Shown in pieces: positions 57,001-64,000 of a stretch of DNA of 64,000 nucleotides. The stretch is taken from contig NIVC01000309.1 in NCBI GenBank assembly GCA_002269645.1, forward strand, positions 186,001 to 250,000. The letters are read 5' to 3'. The position numbers were made by a program, and so were the translations under genes. The notes beneath the pieces were generated by a model. It saw only the letters and a list, made by a program, of their open reading frames with translations, searched no databases and was not told the DNA's origin. Positions within the stretch are counted from its first letter, which is position 1. Each line of letters opens with the position of its first letter. The DNA is from Macrostomum lignano. Its lineage: Eukaryota.

Positions 57001-58647
57001 GCTGAAATCCTTTAATGTGTCCGAGTCCCTGAGTCAACTGGTCGAACCGGCCTGGGATCCAGTCAGGCAGGGCTCTGGTGCCGACTGTCTGCACTCGCTC
57101 ACCGTCTGCAGTGACGATCCACAGTCCCAGCTGATCCATGAGGTCGCACCCCAGGATGTCAGATCCGGTATTGACCACGCTAAGGTTGACGTAAGGCACT
57201 ACTTTGTCCTTGAGCTGCACAGAGGTCAGGATGTCACCAAGCACGCCGATCTTGCTGCCGTTGAAAGCGACCAGCTTCCGTGATGACGCCTGCAGGGGCA
57301 CGTTGGACAGAAGTCTGTTGTACGTCGTCTTGGTGATGATGGAGACTCGCGAACCGGAGTCAACGAGCAGCTTGACAGGCCTCCCGTTCAGCAGCACTTC
57401 GCAGTGCTTGCTTGCTGCCGCAGCTGTCGACACAGTGCAGATGGAGTACTCATCCTGAAGCTGTCGCACTCGGTTGCCGCTCCTGCAGACTCTGGCGAAG
57501 TGCCCGCGCTTGCCGCAGGACTTGCACTTCTGCCCCTTTGCTGGGCAGGTCTGTCCACCGACATGCGCCGCTGAGCCACAGTAGCCGCAGCTCCGGCCGT
57601 CGGTTGTCGGCTTCAGTGCCTCGTGCTGTCTTGCCGCTGCTCCACTGTTCTTAGCCTTGCTGATCTGCTGGACTCCACACGAGCTGTTTGGGTCTGTGTG
57701 GCTGCCTCCCTTGATGGCCTGGGCCTCCAGCAGTCCAGTTTCCAGTCGCTCCGCCAACTGCACAGCTGTCGCCAAGGTCAGCTCCGGCTCCATAAGCAGT
57801 CGCTCCCTGATGTGGTTGCTGAGCACTTTCTCGACGAGCTGGTCACGCAGCATCTCCTCCTGGAAGGTCTTGAAGTCGCAGTTCGACGCCAGGTTTCGCA
57901 GCGCGGCAACGAAGTCGCTGATCTTTTCGCCCGGTCGCTGAGCTCTCTGTCGGAATCTGTGCCTCTCAGCAACTACGTTGACCTTGGGTCCGAAGTGCGT
58001 GTCCAGTAGCTTCAGCGTGTCATCAACTGTTGATGGCGGTTGCTCTCCTTCCTCCTGATTGCTGCTGGCTTGTAGAGACATGTAGATGTTTTGTCCCTCT
58101 GCACCCAAACAGTGGATAAGCAACGCTTGTTTTCTTTGCTCCGGCAGATCGATGGCTCCCGATGCTAGCAGGTAGTTGCTGAACATTGCTTTCCATCGGT
58201 TCCATTCAATCAGCGGTGCTCCAGCGGCTGGCAGAAACGGCTGCGGTGGCGAAATGTTGACACTCATTCTGTTAGCTGTATCTCTGCTTGACTGTTGGGC
58301 TGCTGCTTGTTGAGACCCTCTCTGTGGGTCGCCAATTGCACTTGCATTTGCGCCTTCTGTGCTGCTCATGACTTGGCAGATTTTAGAGTTCGCGCTTGTG
58401 CTGAATCACGCTGGCCCAAATCAATTGATTTCTCCGCGCGACGCCAAAATGTGGTGAGCGAGAGACAAGCCAGTCAGGTTTAGTCCAACAAACAAAATTC
58501 AAACCCTCACCCAAAGGGTGGAGCTATTCTTATATTTACTCGAGAACGCATGTACATATACAAACAGAGCGCGCATGTACATCGGATCCCTTGACCCCCA
58601 AACACCGACTAGCAAAACAACCCAGTGAGTAAACTCACTTTACAACA
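54037..58647 (-). mobile_element. Full-length Ty3/Gypsy (Mag-like) LTR retrotransposon, 4611 bp
   Basis: 198-bp LTRs (54037-54234, 58450-58647; 1 difference seen); TSD CAAAC; PBS TGGCGTCGCG; PPT AAGGAGGAGGGTGAA. Confidence 0.97.
54281..58369 (-). CDS. Single gag-pol polyprotein, 1362 aa, uninterrupted
   Basis: Two CCHC knuckles, LVDSGS protease, RT (FIDD), RNase H, HHCC + DDE integrase in Gypsy order. Confidence 0.95.
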   Translation of the reverse strand: MSSTEGANASAIGDPQRGSQQAAAQQSSRDTANRMSVNISPPQPFLPAAGAPLIEWNRWKAMFSNYLLASGAIDLPEQRKQALLIHCLGAEGQNIYMSLQASSNQEEGEQPPSTVDDTLKLLDTHFGPKVNVVAERHRFRQRAQRPGEKISDFVAALRNLASNCDFKTFQEEMLRDQLVEKVLSNHIRERLLMEPELTLATAVQLAERLETGLLEAQAIKGGSHTDPNSSCGVQQISKAKNSGAAARQHEALKPTTDGRSCGYCGSAAHVGGQTCPAKGQKCKSCGKRGHFARVCRSGNRVRQLQDEYSICTVSTAAAASKHCEVLLNGRPVKLLVDSGSRVSIITKTTYNRLLSNVPLQASSRKLVAFNGSKIGVLGDILTSVQLKDKVVPYVNLSVVNTGSDILGCDLMDQLGLWIVTADGERVQTVGTRALPDWIPGRFDQLTQGLGHIKGFQHRPRVNPAVQPTAQPLRRVPLSLRDSVQKEIDQLLQQDIIEEVDASDWVSNLVVVPKANGSIRICNDLRGPNKSIIPDRYPLPTFEELSAEFAGSRCFSKLDLNSSYLQLELSEDCRNLTTFVTERGLYRYRRVCFGLSSAPAAFQKVMAKILSGIKGAVHFIDDIVVHAASREEHDKRLFKVLQALMTHNVTINTAKCTWRQDKVNFLGYELSASGVRPLQSHVEAIEKVQPPTNTKEVAAFLGVVKYFGNFIPSLSSTAEPLMKLLRKDEPWKWTSECQQAFEQLKAGVCKPPCLKFFDADQPIIVSCDSSASALGAILLQQDSDGQWRPVAFASRTLSATERRYSASEREALACIFACERWNFFLYGRRFELHTDHQALTTLLSSSGSGHRPLRLHRWADRLLNYSFTVKYVPGAKNIVPDFLSRCQDTAEPTEGDETDGLEVQRVLLAEALTVVTEDELAEATSKDELLARVAEFTVSGWPDKKKLDERLLPYWSVRNELTVWSNGRCLAMGTRAVIPEELRQRVLDLAHQGHKGVSRTKHHCRDTAWWPKMDSDIERFVSSCSACIISEKSFKPHRTVLTPTKWPKEPWTELQIDLFGELHEGAPQNCRFILGVHDLHSKWPELVCLSSATSATIIKSLTALFCRWGIPRVITTDGGPQFISQEFNDFLKAYGINHRQTPFYHPQGNSGVERLNRVVKEGLKSHLQDGYSFLEAVQSILWAYRSTPHALTGVTPAELMLGRKITTPLWTLQPKRATREHPLADQIQERQRRQFKRLNRSRQPPRQFRVGDLVRVRSPRMRGKLQSHVSPPLRVSDIISPTIVRLEDGSRWHTSLCMPHAEPEGASTTSATAMPPQPPVAAEAAAPEGPTDPPPATAEADAELRRSTRLRAPPLWYGQVVTH

Positions 58648-60899
58648 CAAACGTAGATGTACCACTGCAGCTGTACCTTGAGTAGTCCTTAGAAGATGGA
58701 TGATAGCAACTTCTAAGTTTTCTTTTGTTTGCCTCGTTCTCCCTGCCTTTACATGAGATAAGTTGGGTTTGCCTATATTTTCTCAGGGGTTCAGCCCAAG
58801 GACCACCACTGTAATACTAGGACTGCATATGTGCATGTTTCTATACTTAAGGAGAAGAAAATGTGGCAGGTGGCTGCCCCTGATAATCAATCAATATGAT
58901 AATCCTGATAATCAGGCTGCCCCTGATAATCATTTGTTCCAGCCCCGGAATTATTTTCCTTCTCCGGGACGAGTTTCGTCATCTTACCCCCCGTCCCGCT
59001 CGTGACTTTTGCTCTCCCCATGCTTGGTCGGCTCGTTTCCGTGCGTTGAATATTTTTGTTTTCTCCTTTAACCTTATGCGATTTTGAGCGTCCATTAGCG
59101 GTTGATCCCTCGTTTGATCCAACTCATGGTGTTACTCCCGTCGTACCCTTTAAATAATGCTCAATTTGCGTGAATTTCTCTTTATGCCGTTTTTCCGTTC
59201 CCGTTTTCCTTGCGTTTGTGAGTTTTAGTTTCGTCGTTTGTGTTTAATTAGTTTATTTTCTGACTCAGCCTACTTTGCTCATTAGCTACTAGTACCGCGG
59301 CTCCACCGAATCAACTCTCGTAGAAGTAAGAAATAATTATAATTTTATAATTTTCTTAAACCTGCTCAACAAATAATAATAAATAAATAACAAGTTGCAC
59401 CTTATTTATTCGTTGACCCATAAGCCATAGCCTATCTTGAACGACCGTGCCGCTAAACGACCGCTCAGCTACACATATACGATTTGCGACTACCCTCGTC
59501 CACCGGACTTGAGACCCCGGCAGTCGGAGTAAAACAGGAGAAAATTTCTTTGTGATTCGTCTGCGCGATTTCCGGATTTATTCGTGCGAACGCAACGCCG
59601 GCGGAATTTAAAAGTTGAAACCGCCCCACCTCATTGGTGTCAGCAACCGACCTATTCCCAAATCTCATTATTTTCTTTTCTCCGCCCCCACCTCGGAAAC
59701 ATAGCGGGAAACTACGTTTCTTAGAAAATTTTTAAGGCTGGTTTTTAAAAAAAATACACTACGGAGATAGGAAGTTTTCCTTTTGTAGCACAAAAATTGT
59801 ATTTGCCTCCTATCGTTAATATTGCACAATTTTAAAACGATTATTTCATTTCAAAGCTTAGCTGAGAGCAAAGTTTTATCGTCTTTTTCTAAACTAAATT
59901 GTCTGCATTTTCTGAAACTGTTAAGCATAAAATATCATATTTGTTATAATTTGTACTTTAGAGTGTCTACGATTTTCAACGGTTTCAAATCTCGAATTTC
60001 TTGTGTTTTTACTGATCACCTGATTGAATAAGATAAAATTTTCGCCACAAATCGCAATCTAACCGCCGAAACTACGAACGAAAATTGTAACAATGTAATA
60101 TACATCATTATAAAAATGGTATAACAACAATGTATTGTAGCAGTTGTAACAATATTGTAACAATGATTCTCATTACATTTAACAATAATGATAACAATGC
60201 AATGCCTTAAGAGGCTTAACATTGTCGCCGAAGTGACTGTCGCCGAAATGTCTTGTCACCGAAGTGACTGGTAGCCTGTAATATAGACTATAGTAATAAT
60301 AGTATATATCATTACCTTTTTGTGTTCTGAGCCTTCTATAAGCCTCTGCTGCATATCATTTTTACACTAGGCCTAGTGCCTATTGTTTTTACATTTGGCT
60401 TTATCTTCATTTTTATTTTAGGCTCCTTCAATCAGATTTGGTTTGAATGACTTTTGACTTAAGCATGGCTTTTGATTTTTTGTCAACAGTCACCCAAGAC
60501 AGTCAAGACCAAAAAACTTTAATTAGGCCCTATTAACCATCTATATTTATCTTATTCTTAACAAAAGTAGCACTAAATATAGTAAATAATAAAAAATAGA
60601 TGCCTATTTGTAGCAAATTCTGCTCTTTGCACCCTTAGGCTTATATGCTTTATTACTTTATTTCCATTTTGCAGATGGTGGGGTGTAGGCCTATGCCGGA
60701 AAATTCCCGTGTATACTTGATTTCCGTGGCATACATTAGCATATATTTCTTGGCTGTGTACAGTGTGATGTATAGTGACTGGCGTAGAAATTATTATAAA
60801 AAATTTTTTTATGCTTTTTACTGTGTTAAGTTATTTCAAAAACCTTTTTTTCTACTACTATTTTCTCATTACCAATCATTTTAATTACTAGAATTGTCA

Positions 60900-61195
60900 C
60901 ATACATGCGCAACAGTCGGCCGAGTCGGCCGATCTGGCCGACCGATTTGGCGGCCAACCAAGGAAGTCGCAAAAATGCCCACCCAAAAAAACCAAAGTAG
61001 TAGTACTAAGTAGCTGACAAGGCATTTTGATTTAATAAGACAGTCATAGTTACTCTTGCCGTTTACCCAAAGTTGCGTTAAATTTGCTTTATGGTTTTTT
61101 TTACATGTAAGTCGCATTTTTGGCCAAAAACTACGTCGCATTTTGTTAAAACTAAGTCGCACGGCCGACCAAATTTTGGAGGTTGCGCATGTATG
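60900..61195. mobile_element. MITE, hAT-like, 296 bp
   Basis: Perfect 14-bp TIR CATACATGCGCAAC; perfect 8-bp TSD AATTGTCA (60892-60899, 61196-61203). Confidence 0.9.
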
Positions 61196-62787
61196 AATTG
61201 TCATAACAATTGTCATGTTGTTATCAATGTTTTGTAGTTTAAATTTAATTTTAAATATTTGTTGATTATTTTACTGTTTTTTAAGTTGGCATACATTTAA
61301 AATCTGTTGGCATACAATTGAAAATTTAATAAAAATGTGTCCGGCATACACAGAAAACCTTCCGCAATATGGCTTTATTTCTGAGTTAGGTTGTGTTAGA
61401 CACAATAGCAAACCAACTATACTAGTATATACTCTAACAAGGACTTTTGGTAGATAAATTGACAGTGAACAAAATGACCTGCACTTTTTTATCAATACCA
61501 ATCATAGTAATTGCTTTCTAAAAAAGATAATAAAGCATCTAAATTTTTAGTTTAGAATTTCTATTCTAAATTTCTATTTTACTATTTATTATATTTAATT
61601 TATATGCAAGTAGCATTAATAGACCTAATTATTAATGTTCCACCATAAGGAAGGTCTATATAACTGTAGCCGTAGCCATAAGAAAAACTATGGCATAAGT
61701 TAAAAATAAAAGAACCACTCAATTGACTTTGTAAGATTATATTTTGTTTTTTTTTCAAAGCAATATTACTTAATATTAATTGCTACTGAAAGTACTAATT
61801 CTGATCTTTTTTCACATTAATAAAAGTTTGAGTTAGAGCTAGTGTTTTATTGATATTGTAGCCTATTTTATTAGGTATATTCTATAAGTTTCTAAGTTAA
61901 TAATACAGTTTACTAAACTTTGTTTACTAAGTCTAAAGTATCTTTGTTTTACTCTACCTGTTTCTAGTATTTTTTAAAAATTTTTAAATTAATAACTATG
62001 GCTATAGGAAGCTATGGAATATGATAGCAACAACTATATTTCTGTAGTCGTAGCCATAGGAGCAGCTAGCTACCATAGGCATATTTCTATATAGAGCTAA
62101 TTTATTTTTATTACTTCTTATAACTTTAACAATGCTAAATTCAACAGTAATAACTATATTATCTTAACTTATACCCCTATCATCCTAACTACACAAAAAT
62201 ATATAATATTGAAAATCTATTGTTTAAATTTCTAAACTCTATGTACTTAAATGTTCTCATTAGAAAGGCTCTGACACTAGCAATATGAATTCATTCTTAT
62301 AATCTTATTGCTCCTATAAAATCCAGGGCTCTAATGATCTTTTGAGTCTTTTAACTCTATCATTGAATTTCTAATATTAACAGATATAAGAAATGTGTTC
62401 TTGTACCTATTCTACCTAAAAACCTTTAAGTATTTTACTTCCCATAGCCATGTATATAGCTATTGCAGAACTTTATTATATAAAAAATATTTGTAATTTG
62501 TATTGTAATTTTTATTAGAGGTAGAATAGGACTCCAGCTCTAAAGTTGTAAGAATCTAGAAATAATTGAGGCTTTTAAACGTAAAATAAAATGTTGCATA
62601 TCTTAAGTGTATCATTTCTGAATGTCTTTTTTAAACATTAAATTTTACTTTGATATTTAATTGTATTACATTTGTCTAATACAAACTCAACAGAGCACCA
62701 CTTCAAACTCTTTATTTTTGCTATTCAGCATCATCTTTTACTCAATAGTAGTGAAATCTAATATAATTCAAAATCGCACTCAAAGAC

Positions 62788-63357
62788 ATGGCCAGTAGCA
62801 ACACTAACAGCTCTAAGACCCTCACCACTGTCGAGGATCACGATGGCTGGACGCTGGTCAACTATGATGACATTGGCGACAATGTTGACGAAGGCTTCCT
62901 GCTGGCTGGCGGCGCCAGCGGTGGCAATCGAAGCGACAGCAGCAGCTCCGCTGAGGTGCTAAGATCGCCAACTCCGACTTCCAGCATCGATGCCAATGAC
63001 GATGAAGTCGAAGGCCAGCTGGAAGCATCGCCGGCGGGCTCCCAGGAGCTAGCTCCTGCTGCAACTGCTCGCGCTGTTGTGGCCGCAGCCGCTGCTGCCA
63101 GCGGTCACCGGGCCGCGGCCGCCGCCTCGGCTTCGTCGAGTTCATCATCGGCTGTGGCGCTGTGCCATTCGGCTGCCTCCAGGGCTGCCAGCCGCACCCG
63201 AGCCAAGCTGGAGCTGAGCCGGGCCAGCCTGGCCCGCAGGAACCAGGTGGCCACCCTGCGCTGCTCAGCCGGCAGCGGCGCTTCCGCTAAGCGCCAAATG
63301 AAAATGCGCGGCACCGTCAAGTGCCCGCAGGCCCGCTCTGCTTCTAAAAAGTGCTGA
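62788..63357 (+). CDS. TP53INP/DOR-like autophagy adaptor candidate, 189 aa
   Basis: GC-rich ORF in AT-rich DNA; acidic LIR-type motif EDHDG-WTLV; basic C-terminal LSRASLARRNQV resembling the TP53INP/DOR LxRxxLxRxN motif. Confidence 0.55.
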   Translation: MASSNTNSSKTLTTVEDHDGWTLVNYDDIGDNVDEGFLLAGGASGGNRSDSSSSAEVLRSPTPTSSIDANDDEVEGQLEASPAGSQELAPAATARAVVAAAAAASGHRAAAAASASSSSSSAVALCHSAASRAASRTRAKLELSRASLARRNQVATLRCSAGSGASAKRQMKMRGTVKCPQARSASKKC

Positions 63358-63427
63358 ATGAACTTTTCATAGCTCAATTTTGAGCTAGCTGGGGCTATCT
63401 GACCCTGCTGGGAGTTTGTAAGTGTAA

Positions 63428-63875
63428 CCACCCCATGATTCTTGATTGGCTGCCACCCCCTCCACCCCATGATCCTTGATTGGCTGCCACCCCCTCCACC
63501 CCATGATCCTTGATTGGCTGCCACCCCCTCCACCCCATGATCCTTGATTGGCTGCCACCCCTCCACCCCATGATCCTTGATTGCCTGCCACCCCCTCCAC
63601 CCCATGATCCTTGATTGGCTGCCACCCCCTCCACCCCATGATCGTTGTGTGGCTGCCACGCCTCCACCCCATGATCCTTGATTGGCTGCTACCCCCTCCA
63701 CCCCATGATCCTTGCGTGGCTGCCACCCCCTCCACCCCATGATCCTTGCGTGGCTGCCACCCCTCCACCCCATGGTCCTTGATTGGCTGCCACCCCCTCC
63801 ACCCCATGGTCCTTGATTGGCTGCCACCCCTCCACCCCATGGTCCTTGATTAGCTGCCACCCTTCACCCCATGGG
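63428..63875. repeat. 33-34-bp C-rich minisatellite containing CCAAT boxes
   Basis: Unit CCACCCCATGATCCTTGATTGGCTGCCACCCCCT, about 13 copies. Confidence 0.93.
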
Positions 63876-64000
63876 TTTAAGTTGGCTCATAAGTTAACGA
63901 TTTGTTGTTAAGTGAATGAGTTTTTAGTCACTGGTTGTTTTGGTGTGTTTTAAGAGTTATGGAAGCTGAATGATCTTTGAGGTTGGTGTAGACAATATCA

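Noticed and set aside
63105-63860. Gly/Trp-rich minus-strand ORFs
   Set aside because: Translation of the 33-34-bp minisatellite plus the antisense of the real ORF.

Overview
Eukaryotic (animal) genomic DNA. GC-rich exons rich in poly-Ala/Gln, minisatellite-filled introns and (CAGA)n tracts suggest a free-living flatworm such as Macrostomum; that is an inference, not a database result. The first 34 kb hold a 23-exon SMG1 gene (NMD PIKK kinase, + strand) that I reconstructed by hand with phase-consistent GT-AG junctions: 11,010 nt, 3,669 aa from position 191, ending in the FATC motif YEGWTAWV*. Its first exon in the window follows an intron-like acceptor and begins with an in-register ankyrin repeat in frame with SMG1, suggesting an ANK-SMG1 fusion. 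18 of the 22 introns carry a tandem-repeat array, almost all with their own unit. Intron 5 also holds a CACTA/EnSpm-like element with a degenerate BEN-like ORF. Intron 15 holds a gag-protease-only LTR element whose target-site duplication is the splice donor itself, and intron 19 holds a CORE-type tRNA SINE. Downstream are a Ly6/uPAR GPI-type gene (+), a C22orf39/UPF0545 homolog with a CaaX tail (-), an intronless CYP2-clan P450 (-) and a TP53INP/DOR-like LIR protein (+). Three more LTR elements (non-coding, protease-deleted, intact gag-pol) and three MITEs (Tc1/mariner-, PIF/Harbinger- and hAT-like) lie between them. No CRISPR array, rRNA gene or intact tRNA gene is supported.
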